64,000 nucleotides of DNA, from positions 6,944,001 through 7,008,000 of the forward strand of contig OZ240241.1 of NCBI GenBank assembly GCA_965198115.1, read 5' to 3'. Both the position numbers and the translations under genes were made by a program. This document shows positions 49,928 through 59,754 of the stretch, piece by piece. The stretch is from Candidatus Latescibacterota bacterium (GTDB lineage: Bacteria; Latescibacterota; UBA2968). Every line of letters begins with the position of its first letter. Positions within the stretch are counted from its first letter, which is position 1. The notes under the pieces were generated by a model that made no database searches, was not told where the DNA came from, and saw only the letters and a list, made by a program, of their open reading frames with translations.

Positions 49928-50949
49928 GGCTCTATCCGGGTTTCTCAACGGTGAAACTATAGAATGACAAGGTCATAGATCGTTCCTTACGCTTGGTTGT
50001 GTCCGAGTTACTGCGCATCTCTGCCTCGACGCTGTCGGATCTCCTTCACCGATCCATCACGCGGCTTCGTGAAGGTCATCGTATCCGAGGGCTCAAAACC
50101 ATCGGGATCGACGAGATCTCCTACGCCAAGCGTCACAGGTACGCCACGCTCGTTTACGATCTGGACCGCTCCTGCGTGGTGTGGGTTGGCCGCGGCAGGG
50201 CGCGTAAAACGATCGATCGGTTCTTCACAGAGGCTCTCAGTCCCTACCGGAGATCCAAGATCGAGTGGGCCTGCTGCGACATGAGCGAAGCTTACATCGG
50301 AGCCATCCAGGAACACTGTCCGAATGCCAAGCTGGTCCTCGATCGCTTTCACATCGTCAAGGCTCTCAATGCCGCCGTTGACGAGGTCCGTAAGGACCAG
50401 TGGCGTGAAGCTGCCCCGGATGAGCGCAAAGCCATGAAGGGCCTCCGATGGCTCCTCTACCGGCACTCAGCGACACGCTCCAGAGGGGATACCCGGACAC
50501 TCAAAGCACTGGAGAAGGCGAACTACCGAATCTATAGAGCCTGGAGACTCAAGGACGAGTTCGAGCAGTTCTGGGAATACAAAGCGCCCTGGGCTGCCGA
50601 ACGCTTCCTGAAATGCTGGACGACGTCCGCACTCAGAAGTCGACTTGAACCCCTGCGAAAGTTCGTCAGGACCCTGCGACAGCACTTCTTCGGCGTCCTC
50701 GCATTCGTGAACACGCGTCTTACCAACGCCATCGCCGAAGGCCTCAACCGAATCGTCCAAATCGTCAAGAACCGAGCCAGCGGATTCCGCACACTCGACG
50801 CATTCAACGATATGATCTTCCTTACCGTCGGAGACATAAACATCCCTGAGCAGATTCCGAAGAGGTTCCGCACACTCTAACCGCGCCCCCATGCCAGGAA
50901 CCACGGCACCTTCACCCACTTCATCTCGTTGAGAGATCCGGATATAGCC
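49928..50949 (+). mobile_element. ISL3-family insertion sequence, internally deleted (1022 bp)
   Basis: 23-bp IRs GGCTCTATCCGGGTTTCTCAACG / GGCTATATCCGGATCTCTCAACG (20/23); T8 on both flanks. Confidence 0.9.
49993..50880 (+). pseudogene. ISL3 transposase lacking the N-terminal Zn-finger region
   Basis: IGIDEISY, CCDMS, LDRFHIV, TNAIAEGLN, ASGFR; only 295 aa. Confidence 0.85.
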
Positions 50950-50971
50950 TTTTTTTTGTAGGAGAGAGTAC

Positions 50972-51961
50972 GTGGAGGAGACTCGAATCGGGCTGATCGG
51001 ATGCGGCAGCAACATGACAGGACATCTGCGACGGCTGGTCAACATTGTTCAGGCGAGGGTCGTGGCGCTTTCGGATCCGTCAGAGGAAAGTACCGCACGG
51101 ATGCGAGATCGGGTCGAAGAAGCGGGCGACCTGCCCCACTACGATGATCACGAGAAGATGATTGCAAATGAAGACTTGGATGCGGTGGTGATTTCCTCGC
51201 CGCATACGCTTCACTACGAGCAGATCGTCGCGGGACTAGAGGCGGGGTTGCACGTGCTGACCGAGAAACCGATGGTGTGCACTGTGGCCCACGCGAAGGC
51301 GGTGATCGCGAAGAGCGAGGAAGTCGATCGGATTCTGATGGTCTCCTACCAGCGCCATCTCGCCCCAACGTTCCGGTTCATGCGCAATCAGATCGCATCG
51401 GGAGAGATCGGTCCCGTGCAGTTCGTCAACGCTCTCCAAGACCAGAATTGGTATCGAAGCCAACAGGGCAAGTGGCGCCAAGTGGCGTCGCTTTCGGGTG
51501 GCGGGCAACTCAATGACTCAGGAAGTCATCTGCTCGATATCGTCCTGTGGATCGTGGATCAGGATCCTGTCGAGGTGAGCGCGCAGATGGAGTATTTCGA
51601 GGCCGAAGTCGACATCAACACATCAATGACGGTTCGATTCGAAAGCGGAGCCATTGCGAGCTTTTCCGTCGTGGGGAATGGTCCCGGACCGGGTATGTGG
51701 GAGGATATTACGATCTGGGGTCAGCACGGTGCCTTCTATTCCCGTAACGGGGCGCTGACCTGCAAGTATGGTTCCGATCCGGTCGAGATGACGGACTTGC
51801 CGACACGATTCTCGAGCCCCGACCAGAACTTCGTGGACGCCATCCACGGTCACGATGCGGTCCAGGTGCCGCCTGAATGCGGGTTGCGGGTGATTCAGCT
51901 GACCGAAGCGGCCTGGGCGTCCGCCGAACAGGGCGGGAGGCCGGTTGTGGTTACGCGCTGA
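50972..51961 (+). CDS. Gfo/Idh/MocA family oxidoreductase
   Basis: IGLIGCG, HVLTEKPM, SGGGQLNDSGSHLLD. Confidence 0.92.
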   Translation: MEETRIGLIGCGSNMTGHLRRLVNIVQARVVALSDPSEESTARMRDRVEEAGDLPHYDDHEKMIANEDLDAVVISSPHTLHYEQIVAGLEAGLHVLTEKPMVCTVAHAKAVIAKSEEVDRILMVSYQRHLAPTFRFMRNQIASGEIGPVQFVNALQDQNWYRSQQGKWRQVASLSGGGQLNDSGSHLLDIVLWIVDQDPVEVSAQMEYFEAEVDINTSMTVRFESGAIASFSVVGNGPGPGMWEDITIWGQHGAFYSRNGALTCKYGSDPVEMTDLPTRFSSPDQNFVDAIHGHDAVQVPPECGLRVIQLTEAAWASAEQGGRPVVVTR

Positions 51962-51964
51962 GTG

Positions 51965-51993
51965 TTGACAACCCGTCGCTGCCCGGCTACTTT
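51965..51993 (+). promoter_or_regulatory. sigma70-type promoter
   Basis: TTGACA-17 nt-TACTTT upstream of the GTG at 52032. Confidence 0.55.
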
Positions 51994-52031
51994 TCATGTG
52001 TACTGTGGTCCACCCCTGGAGACGAGTCCCC

Positions 52032-52358
52032 GTGCAGGTGAGGAGTATCGAATTCCAGGAAAACTTCCGGAGCGTCACGGTCGAAGCCTCTCGACAGCAG
52101 AATGTCGTTCAAAGGGAGGCCGAGATCGCCCAGCATCAGGCTTCTGCCGCTGGACTGGAAGAGCAGGTTCTGAATCCTTCACGTCCACGCCCGGCGACGG
52201 AAACGGAAGGCCGCATTGTCGATCCTGATGCCCGTGGTCGGGAATCCGAACGGTAAACCTCCCGACGCCAGGGCTCTCGCGCGGGTGACGATTCAGACGC
52301 GGATTCGGAGTCTTCACGGGGTCTCCCCCGGGGTTCGTTGGTCGACATTACGGCCTGA
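52032..52358 (+). pseudogene. Small protein ending GSLVDITA (motility-associated type C-terminus) with an internal TAA
   Basis: GGAG RBS, GTG; in-frame TAA at 52254-52256, then 33 more codons to TGA; own promoter and terminator. Confidence 0.5.
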
Positions 52359-52382
52359 ATCCCCGACAAGCTTGGCCAGGAT

Positions 52383-52410
52383 GCCGTTCCTCTTGGGGAG
52401 CGGCTTTTTT
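52383..52410 (+). terminator. Intrinsic terminator
   Basis: GCCGTTCCTC-TTG-GGGAGCGGC-type hairpin plus TTTTTT. Confidence 0.7.
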
Positions 52411-52470
52411 ATGTGATTCTGATGAACATAACACATTGATTGTTAAATAGTTATACTTCCTTGCCCTGTC

Positions 52471-52499
52471 TTGACTTTGGGTGGGGGCTATGCTAAACT
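52471..52499 (+). promoter_or_regulatory. sigma70-type promoter of the proteasome operon
   Basis: TTGACT-17 nt-TAAACT with an extended -10 TG. Confidence 0.55.
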
Positions 52500-52540
52500 A
52501 ATCGAACGGCCCGGCGCTCACCGCTCAGATCCACGGGGAG

Positions 52541-54265
52541 GTGGTCTCGATCAACCTGCAAGACGATCAGAATCAACAACGGCGCACGCCTGAGGATTTC
52601 CTTCAGGACTACGTCGACATGCAGCACACATTCGAGTCGCTCACGATCATCGATCAGATCCTTATGTCGATGGACGAGAAGGACCGACGACGGCCCCTTC
52701 TCTACCAGCTCCGGAGGCAATTGCAGGAAGATGAGATCACGTTCGAGGAGGCCCGTCGCGCGATCGTCGAGTTGGAGTCCGCGCTCGAAAAGGTCACGGC
52801 CCCGTCGAACCGCATCGGTATCCTTCTCGAGGCCGTCCAGAACGACGTTGCGTGTATTTCGGTGGGGGGCTCCGAATATTTCGCCAACGTCGACACTCGC
52901 ATCAACGACGACGATCTCAGGGTTGGAACGCGCGTGCTCGTGAACGAAGCCTTCGCGGTCGTGGGTGACCTGGGCTATCCGCAGGGCGGGCCGCTTGCCA
53001 AAGTCCTGGACGTGATGGACGATGGCAGGATTCGCGTTGGACAGGAACACGGCACCCAAACAACAATCCTCACGCGATCGACGGATCTGATCGATCAAGA
53101 GCTGAAGACGGGCGAGGAATTGCGGGTCGATCCAACTTTCCGTGTGGCGATCGAACGGATTCCGAACGCCGAGGTCAACGACTACTACCTGGAAGAGATT
53201 CCTCAACTGCCGTGGGACAAGATCGGTGGCCAGGACGAGGCCATCCAGGCCATCAAAGACACGATCGAGATTCCCGTGTTGCATCCCGATCTGTTCGAAC
53301 GGTTCCAGTACAGCACGCCGAGGGGCTTCCTGCTGTTTGGACCTCCCGGGTGCGGAAAGACGCGGATCGGAAAGGCCACAGCTTACAATTTGGCCAAGCA
53401 CATCAAGGAGGAGTCCAAGCTCTCGCTGAAGCAATGTTTCATGCACATCAAAGGTCCCGAGATTCTGAACATGTGGTTGGGCGAGTCCGAGCGCCAGGTG
53501 CGCGAGATCTTTGCGAGGGCACGCGAAAAGAGGAAAGAGGGCTATCTACCGGTCGTCTTCATCGATGAGGCAGAATCGATCCTGGGTACCCGCCGTGCCA
53601 TGCGATCGCACAGCATCAGCAACACCGTGGTCCCGATGTTTTGTGCAGAAATGGACGGGATCGAGTCGCTCCAGGACGTCGTTATCATCCTGGCTTCGAA
53701 TCGCCCCGATCTGATCGATCCGGCGATTCTGAGACCCGGGCGCGTGGACCGCAAGATCAAGGTGATCCGGCCCGATCAAGAGGGTGCAACCGAAATTCTG
53801 AAAATCTACTTGACGTCCGACCTGCCAATTTGCGAGGTCGATGTAACCGCCGAGGGCGGCCACACGCAGCCAGTGATCGACCGATACGTGAATGAGATGG
53901 TGTCCGAGATTTTCGCGCGTCGCGACGATACGCGCTTTCTCGAAGTGACCTTGCGGAGTGGACGCAAAGAGACGCTCCACCGTGGCGATTTGTGCAGTGG
54001 AGCCGTTCTAGAATCGATTGTTCGCCGGAGCAAGGAACTGGCGATCCTTAGGTCGATCGCCGCTGGCGAGGAAGAGGGCATCTCACACGACGACCTCATG
54101 GGGGCCATCGCGACCGAATACGCCGAGAACGAAATTTTCCCTCCGACGGACAACACCGAGGACTGGCTAAAGTTGCTGGACTACGATCCAGAAAACGTGG
54201 TGCGTGTGTCCCCGATCCGACCGCAAACGGACCGGCGGAGGTCGACGTCGCAGCGCGTGATCTGA
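52541..54265 (+). CDS. arc: Proteasome-associated AAA+ ATPase (ARC/Mpa-like)
   Basis: N-terminal coiled coil, OB-like region, GPPGCGKT, IKGPEILNMWLGESER, FIDEAE, DPAILRPGR. Confidence 0.92.
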   Translation: MVSINLQDDQNQQRRTPEDFLQDYVDMQHTFESLTIIDQILMSMDEKDRRRPLLYQLRRQLQEDEITFEEARRAIVELESALEKVTAPSNRIGILLEAVQNDVACISVGGSEYFANVDTRINDDDLRVGTRVLVNEAFAVVGDLGYPQGGPLAKVLDVMDDGRIRVGQEHGTQTTILTRSTDLIDQELKTGEELRVDPTFRVAIERIPNAEVNDYYLEEIPQLPWDKIGGQDEAIQAIKDTIEIPVLHPDLFERFQYSTPRGFLLFGPPGCGKTRIGKATAYNLAKHIKEESKLSLKQCFMHIKGPEILNMWLGESERQVREIFARAREKRKEGYLPVVFIDEAESILGTRRAMRSHSISNTVVPMFCAEMDGIESLQDVVIILASNRPDLIDPAILRPGRVDRKIKVIRPDQEGATEILKIYLTSDLPICEVDVTAEGGHTQPVIDRYVNEMVSEIFARRDDTRFLEVTLRSGRKETLHRGDLCSGAVLESIVRRSKELAILRSIAAGEEEGISHDDLMGAIATEYAENEIFPPTDNTEDWLKLLDYDPENVVRVSPIRPQTDRRRSTSQRVI

Positions 54266-55821
54266 TGTCGATGGAGCGAATCTTCGGGATCGAGACGGAG
54301 TATGGCATTACGATCGACGGCGTCGACAAGATGGATGTCGTCGAGGAGTCGATGCAGCTCATTCGGTGTTACTTGCAGGGCGATTTCGTTCCGTTGTGGG
54401 ACTATCAGCTCGAGAATCCGCGAAAGGATGTGCGTGGTTTCGAAGTCGACGAGTTGCTGAACGACACGGATGAAAAGGTACATCTGCAGCAGGATCGACA
54501 GCGCAAGATCCCGTTCAAGGAACTCAAGAGCGACCTGGTCATCTACAATGGAGCGCGTTTCTACAACGACCATACGCATCCCGAGTATTCGACGGGCGAG
54601 TGCACGGGCCTGTTCGAGCTCGTGGCACACGATAAAGCCGGCGAGCGTATCGTCAGCATTTGCGCCGAACGACGCACCGAAGCGCTAAAGACCGGAGAGG
54701 TCCGCGTTTACAAGAACAACACGGATTTCGAAGGTCACAGCTATGGCTGTCACGAGAACTATCTTATGGGCCGCCAGGTGCCCTTCGATCGAATCGTGGC
54801 AGGGTTGCTCCCGTTTTTCGCGACGCGTCAGATTTTCGCGGGAGCAGGAAAGGTCGGGGAGGAGCGCGGCGACCGGGCGCCAATCTACCAGCTGTCACAA
54901 CGGTCCGAGTTTTTCGAGGTCATCGCGAGCGTCGACACGATGCACAAGCGGCCGCTCGTGAACACGCGGGACGAGCCGCACGCGGATTCGGAACGTTGGC
55001 GTCGACTCCACGTCATCATCGGCGATGCCAACATGTCGGAATTCGTGACGGCGTTGAAGGTGGGCACGACCGCGCTGGTCGTCGACCTGATCGAATCAGA
55101 TCGGCTGCCGGACTTCCAGCTGCGGGATCCGATAGCGGCCCTCCGAAACGTCGCGAAAGACCAGACTTACCAGTGGCTGGTCGAGGTGGAGGGTCACCCC
55201 AACCGGTTGGTATCCTCCGTCGACGTGCAACGGGAGTATCTGAACCTGGCGCAAGAAGATTACGCGGGTCGAGATGAGGAGACGGATTGGGTGCTTCGCT
55301 CGTGGGGAGAGATCCTCGACGCGCTCGAAGCGGATCCCCTTTCCCTCGTGGGCACGCTCGATTGGGTCACCAAAAAGTTTCTGATCGATTCGTTTTGCGA
55401 AGAAGAAGGCCTGTCGTGGGATAACCCCGATCATCTTTTCTGGATGCAAAGCCAGGATCTGGAGTATCATAATGTCGATCAAACACAAGGTCTCTACTAT
55501 CTCCTGGAATCCCAGGGACAATTCGTGAGGCTGGTCGACGACGGCGAAATTGCGACGGCGATGGCCGAGCCCCCGCGACGTACACGCGCATATTTTCGGG
55601 GTCGTTCGCTGGAGAAGTTCAGGGACGAGGTCAAATCGATCAATTGGGACCGGATCGTGTTCGGTTTGAACGGCAAGCACGAGTCGATCGACCTCAAACC
55701 GATGGTCGATTCGGAGCTGGCGCATCGATGTAACAACGTGTTGGATGCGTCCGAATCGGTCGCTGAGCTTTTTCACGGTTTGCAGAAAGTCGAAATGCAT
55801 CCTACCGCGGCGCTGACCTGA
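54265..55821 (+). CDS. dop: Dop-like depupylase/deamidase (PafA2)
   Basis: IFGIETEYG, NGARFYNDHTHPEYST, YKNNTD...SYGCHENY, NTRDEPHAD, RRLHVIIGDAN. Confidence 0.9.
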   Translation: MSMERIFGIETEYGITIDGVDKMDVVEESMQLIRCYLQGDFVPLWDYQLENPRKDVRGFEVDELLNDTDEKVHLQQDRQRKIPFKELKSDLVIYNGARFYNDHTHPEYSTGECTGLFELVAHDKAGERIVSICAERRTEALKTGEVRVYKNNTDFEGHSYGCHENYLMGRQVPFDRIVAGLLPFFATRQIFAGAGKVGEERGDRAPIYQLSQRSEFFEVIASVDTMHKRPLVNTRDEPHADSERWRRLHVIIGDANMSEFVTALKVGTTALVVDLIESDRLPDFQLRDPIAALRNVAKDQTYQWLVEVEGHPNRLVSSVDVQREYLNLAQEDYAGRDEETDWVLRSWGEILDALEADPLSLVGTLDWVTKKFLIDSFCEEEGLSWDNPDHLFWMQSQDLEYHNVDQTQGLYYLLESQGQFVRLVDDGEIATAMAEPPRRTRAYFRGRSLEKFRDEVKSINWDRIVFGLNGKHESIDLKPMVDSELAHRCNNVLDASESVAELFHGLQKVEMHPTAALT

Positions 55822-55851
55822 AGCCCGGAATGGACAATCACGGAGGCAACC

Positions 55852-56037
55852 ATGTCAAAGTGGATTGAATACGAAAGACGCACACGCCCGGTACCGGGCG
55901 AGGGGCCCGACGGTGATGACGAATCCGGCCCGACCCGGCCGAAGGTGGAGCGTCCAGACACGCGCGACCTGTTGAAGCGCATGCGTCGTGTCGATCCAAA
56001 CCAGGCGCGACGCTACCGGCAAAGGACAGGAGAATAA
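55852..56037 (+). CDS. ubact: Ubiquitin-like protein UBact
   Basis: 61 aa, disordered N-half, LLKRMRRVDPNQARRYRQRTGE C-terminus, located between dop and prcB. Confidence 0.93.
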   Translation: MSKWIEYERRTRPVPGEGPDGDDESGPTRPKVERPDTRDLLKRMRRVDPNQARRYRQRTGE

Positions 56038-56044
56038 GCGCCGC

Positions 56045-56830
56045 ATGAGTGATGGCGGCGATTTTTTCGATCTCCTGAAGTCGGAGGGTTATCGGTTTCC
56101 GGCGAACGTCGTTTCGGGGGTCGAGCCCGATGCGAAGGGTCTGCCGTTCCAGCCGACCGAGGGGACGACGATCCTCGCCCTCCGTTATCGTGACGGCGTG
56201 GTGGTGGCCGGTGATCGGCGGGCGACGGCGGGCAACGCCGTTCTCTACGATCGCGCGGACAAGGTCATTTCGATCGATCGCAATTCTGTCATGGCGATTT
56301 CGGGTTCACCGGCCATGGCGTTCGAGATCGCCAGAATCCTCGAGCACTCCTTCCAGTATCACCGACGACGCCAGCTGCAGGAAATGAGCATGGAAGCAAA
56401 GCTCCGTCGTCTCTCCCTCCTGATTCGTGACAATTTACCCATGGCGGTCCAGGGAATCGGCGCGGTCATCCCGATCTTTGCCACCTACGATCTCCAGAGT
56501 GACGTCGGTCGCATTTACTTTTACGATGCCCTCGGCGCTCAGTTCGAGGTAGCGGATTTCGCGACGACGGGGTCGGGTGCCGCTGCGATTCGGGGAGCCA
56601 TGTATTACACGAACCGGTGGAGCGGAACGCCCTATCCCGAGCTGGGTCGTGACGATGCCGTCGGATTGTCACTGCGTCTTTTGTATACCGCGTCGGAATA
56701 CGATTCTGCGACCGGCCGTTACGAACGATCGACGGATATCCTCCCGACCGTCAAGACGATCACATCGGACGGCCAGGATGACATCGAGCCGGATGAACTT
56801 CGCGATCTTCACGCCCGGTTCCTGGACTGA
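56045..56830 (+). CDS. prcB: 20S proteasome beta subunit
   Basis: Propeptide then EG|TTILA, AGDRRATAG, TGSG. Confidence 0.93.
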   Translation: MSDGGDFFDLLKSEGYRFPANVVSGVEPDAKGLPFQPTEGTTILALRYRDGVVVAGDRRATAGNAVLYDRADKVISIDRNSVMAISGSPAMAFEIARILEHSFQYHRRRQLQEMSMEAKLRRLSLLIRDNLPMAVQGIGAVIPIFATYDLQSDVGRIYFYDALGAQFEVADFATTGSGAAAIRGAMYYTNRWSGTPYPELGRDDAVGLSLRLLYTASEYDSATGRYERSTDILPTVKTITSDGQDDIEPDELRDLHARFLD

Positions 56831-57621
56831 TGATGCTGCTGGACGAACCCTATCGCTTCGCCGAAGCGATCGCGAATCGGCGCGATTACATCGAGGATCA
56901 ATTGCGGGGTGGCAGTCCCGTGGTCGGTCTGGCGTTCGCCGACGGCTTGCTCGTCGTCACGCTACGCGGTGGCTCTCAAAAGCTGTTCGAGGCATACGAT
57001 CGTATCGGTCTCGGGTCCGTCGGTCATCCTACCGACATCGAAAAGCTTCGTCAGTCGGCGGTCGATCTCGCCCACGTGATCGGGTTCAACTACTCCGATA
57101 CGGATGTCACGCTTCAACAGATCGTACATTTCGGACTCGGGCCGGCCGTGAAGACCTCGTTTGACGACGTCATACGGTCCCCCTATATTGCGCGCGTTCT
57201 GCTGGCCGAGCTCGGATGGGCGGACGCTGAATCCTCGTTCTACACGGTCGACTACGACGGGACGTTCAATCGGTTCGAGGGTGCGGCTGCCATCGGCGGT
57301 CTGCCAGAATCCGATGGGATCATGCGGGACCACATGCTCGAAGCGAATCCCGCGAACCACTCGCTCGAGGCCGCTGTTTCACTCGCGCTCGAGGCCTGGG
57401 GAATCGGTCGGTGGGTTGGCGAGCAGGATAGCTTACCAGCCGACGATGAAGACTTGAAGTCCGCCTCCGCAGATGCCGATACGGCAGCGCCGCTGCGTGA
57501 TGGCTTGCAGACGCTGGAAATCGAAGCAGCAGTCTTAGACCCGTCCTTGACGGGGAAATCCAAGTTTCGCCACGTAAAGGCAGAGGAAATCGAATCTGTC
57601 CTTGCGTCCATAAAGGGGTAG
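56830..57621 (+). CDS. prcA: 20S proteasome alpha subunit
   Basis: EPYRF...GSPVV, KLFEAYDRI, YTVDYDG, LEIEAAVLD. Confidence 0.9.
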   Translation: MMLLDEPYRFAEAIANRRDYIEDQLRGGSPVVGLAFADGLLVVTLRGGSQKLFEAYDRIGLGSVGHPTDIEKLRQSAVDLAHVIGFNYSDTDVTLQQIVHFGLGPAVKTSFDDVIRSPYIARVLLAELGWADAESSFYTVDYDGTFNRFEGAAAIGGLPESDGIMRDHMLEANPANHSLEAAVSLALEAWGIGRWVGEQDSLPADDEDLKSASADADTAAPLRDGLQTLEIEAAVLDPSLTGKSKFRHVKAEEIESVLASIKG

Positions 57622-57651
57622 TGGTCGAACCAGCCCCTCGTCCACATTTCG

Positions 57652-57677
57652 CCGGGCCTTGCGAGGTCTGGTTTTTT
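57652..57677 (+). terminator. Terminator-like hairpin just upstream of pafA
   Basis: CCGGGCCT-TGCG-AGGTCTGG plus TTTTTT. Confidence 0.5.
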
Positions 57678-57689
57678 GTTTGATTGCCC

Positions 57690-59162
57690 ATGGAAGATCG
57701 CATCTTCGGACTGGAAACCGAATACGGCTGTATGGCGCCGGAACACGAGGGATTCGTGAGTCCGGATGCGATCTCCGTAAAGGTGAAGGACCATATCTTC
57801 CACTCCGAGCGGATCGGTATCGTGGACATTCACTACCGCGGTCGAGATGAACCGCCAGGGAACGGCGGCTTCCTCTACAACTCGGGTCGTGTCTACATCG
57901 ACATGGGCCACATCGAGTATACGACCCCGGAGTGCAAGGGTCTGTTCGATGTCGTCGCTTTCGATCGTGCTGGCGAACGGATCCTTCAGCGGGCGCTCAA
58001 GTCACTCGGTCTGGAGAAAGAAGCGGCGTTTTTGAAGAACAATGTCGACCACTTCACGGGTGCGACATTCGGCTGCCACGAGAACTATCTGGTTCGGCGG
58101 AACGTGCCTTTCTCGACGGTGGTCATTCCGTCTCTGCTTCCCTTCCTGGTGACCCGTCAGATCTTCGCCGGCGCCGGACGCGTGGGCAGCTATGACGACA
58201 GCTTCTACTACTACGGTCGGGAAGACCGCGAGGAGGCCTATCGCGAGGACCCCGTCGCCTACCAGATCTCGCAGCGTGCCGACCACATCGTGACCGAGAT
58301 CTACCAATGGATTCAGTTTTCGCGGGCGATCATCAACACGCGAGACGAGCCGTTGGCAGACCATAGCCGGTTCCGGCGACTCCATCTGTTGGTGGGTGAC
58401 TCCAACATGTCGGAATACGCCGCCGCTCTAAAGATCGGAACGACAGCCATGGTCCTAAACCTCCTGGAACGGAAGGTGTTTCCGAGGGACGTGGGGTTGA
58501 CCGATCCCGTGTGGGCCCTGAAGGAAGTCTCGCGGGACCCGACCCACCGCTGGCTTTTGGAGCGGAGCGATGGACGCACGCTGACAGCAGTCGATATCCA
58601 AAGGTCGTATCTGGAGCTCGCACAGCGCCACCTGGTGGGCATTGACGACGAGTCGGATTGGGTGTTGCAAGAATGGGAGCGCACGTTGGACGATTTGGAA
58701 CGCGATCCAATGTCGTGCGTGGACCGCGTCGACTGGGTGACGAAAAAGTGGCTGCTCGATATGTTCCGCGAAGAGGAAGGACTATCGTGGAGCGATCCGT
58801 GGATGCAGAGCTTGGATCTGGAGTATCACAACATCAATCCGGACAAGAGTCTCTACTACGATCTGGAGCGCCAGGGTTCGATCCAGCGTGTCGTGAAAGA
58901 CGATCACATCGATCGGGCGAGCTTCGAGCCGCCGCAGGACACCCGGGCCAAGGGCCGCTCACGGCTCGTCAAGGTTCTATCGGAAAATCGCGTTCGTTAC
59001 ATCGTAGACTGGGATTCGGTGTATCTGGAGAACGAACATCACCTGAGTTTTCGGGATCCGTTCGAGACGTATGATGACGAGGTCGATGAATTCGTGGAGG
59101 AGATCAGGAACGCGTCGAACGCGCCTCCGTCACCGGGGTCGATGCGAAGACCCCCCAGATAG
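57690..59162 (+). CDS. pafA: PafA-like Pup/UBact-protein ligase
   Basis: RIFGLETEYG, GRVYIDMGHIEYTTPEC, KNNVD...GCHENY, SRAIINTRDEPLAD, RRLHLLVGDSN, PPQDTRA. Confidence 0.9.
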   Translation: MEDRIFGLETEYGCMAPEHEGFVSPDAISVKVKDHIFHSERIGIVDIHYRGRDEPPGNGGFLYNSGRVYIDMGHIEYTTPECKGLFDVVAFDRAGERILQRALKSLGLEKEAAFLKNNVDHFTGATFGCHENYLVRRNVPFSTVVIPSLLPFLVTRQIFAGAGRVGSYDDSFYYYGREDREEAYREDPVAYQISQRADHIVTEIYQWIQFSRAIINTRDEPLADHSRFRRLHLLVGDSNMSEYAAALKIGTTAMVLNLLERKVFPRDVGLTDPVWALKEVSRDPTHRWLLERSDGRTLTAVDIQRSYLELAQRHLVGIDDESDWVLQEWERTLDDLERDPMSCVDRVDWVTKKWLLDMFREEEGLSWSDPWMQSLDLEYHNINPDKSLYYDLERQGSIQRVVKDDHIDRASFEPPQDTRAKGRSRLVKVLSENRVRYIVDWDSVYLENEHHLSFRDPFETYDDEVDEFVEEIRNASNAPPSPGSMRRPPR

Positions 59163-59188
59163 AGAAACGAACTGAAACGTTTACCGAC

Positions 59189-59216
59189 GGCCGATCCTCG
59201 ACGAGGGTCGGCCTTT
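59189..59216. terminator. Hairpin between convergent pafA and DUF1854 genes
   Basis: GGCCGATCCTCG-A-CGAGGGTCGGCC then TTT. Confidence 0.6.
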
Positions 59217-59225
59217 CGCTTGTCA

Positions 59226-59744
59226 TCACCGGTATCGTCGACCGCCACGTCGGGCGATGGATAGATGCTGACGGGCCAAAGCCTGGCTCGATCGATCGAG
59301 GGTGGTGAAGTCGGGGATTGCGTACCGCCGTGCCGAGTCACCGTCCGTGAGGACGACGCGCGGAAAGGCCCGTGTATCCGCGTCCCCATCCCCGCGAATC
59401 AGGAGCTCATACTCTCCTTCCTCCGTGTCGACGAGACAGCGTGCGCCTTCGGGCCTCCTGTCGACGCTGACGATTCGGGTGATCTCGGGAACGTGATACT
59501 TCTCGCGCATGAGACGGCCGATCACGCGCCGACTGTCGCCGTCGAGCTCAGCAAGATCGGGAATCAGGCCGATTTCCGAGCCCCGTGCATCGCGAAGGGA
59601 GATCCAGAGACCGGAGTTGGATTCGGGAAAGCATTGCACGATAGACACCCCGCTTACCGTGACGTTCTGATGCTGGAGGCAGATGACATTGCTGTCCTGG
59701 GAGATTGTGAGCACTGCTGGGTCGAGGATCGTGTTGGCTGTCAC
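59226..59744 (-). CDS. DUF1854 domain protein
   Basis: CFPES...ISLRD...EIGLI.DL.EL...SR...YHVPEITRI...DTEEG; lies downstream of an ABC transporter. Confidence 0.7.
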   Translation of the reverse strand: MTANTILDPAVLTISQDSNVICLQHQNVTVSGVSIVQCFPESNSGLWISLRDARGSEIGLIPDLAELDGDSRRVIGRLMREKYHVPEITRIVSVDRRPEGARCLVDTEEGEYELLIRGDGDADTRAFPRVVLTDGDSARRYAIPDFTTLDRSSQALARQHLSIARRGGRRYR

Positions 59745-59754
59745 GAATTTCCCC

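Noticed and set aside
55852-56037. Calling the small modifier canonical Pup
   Set aside because: No GGQ/GGE end; the RQRTGE terminus matches UBact
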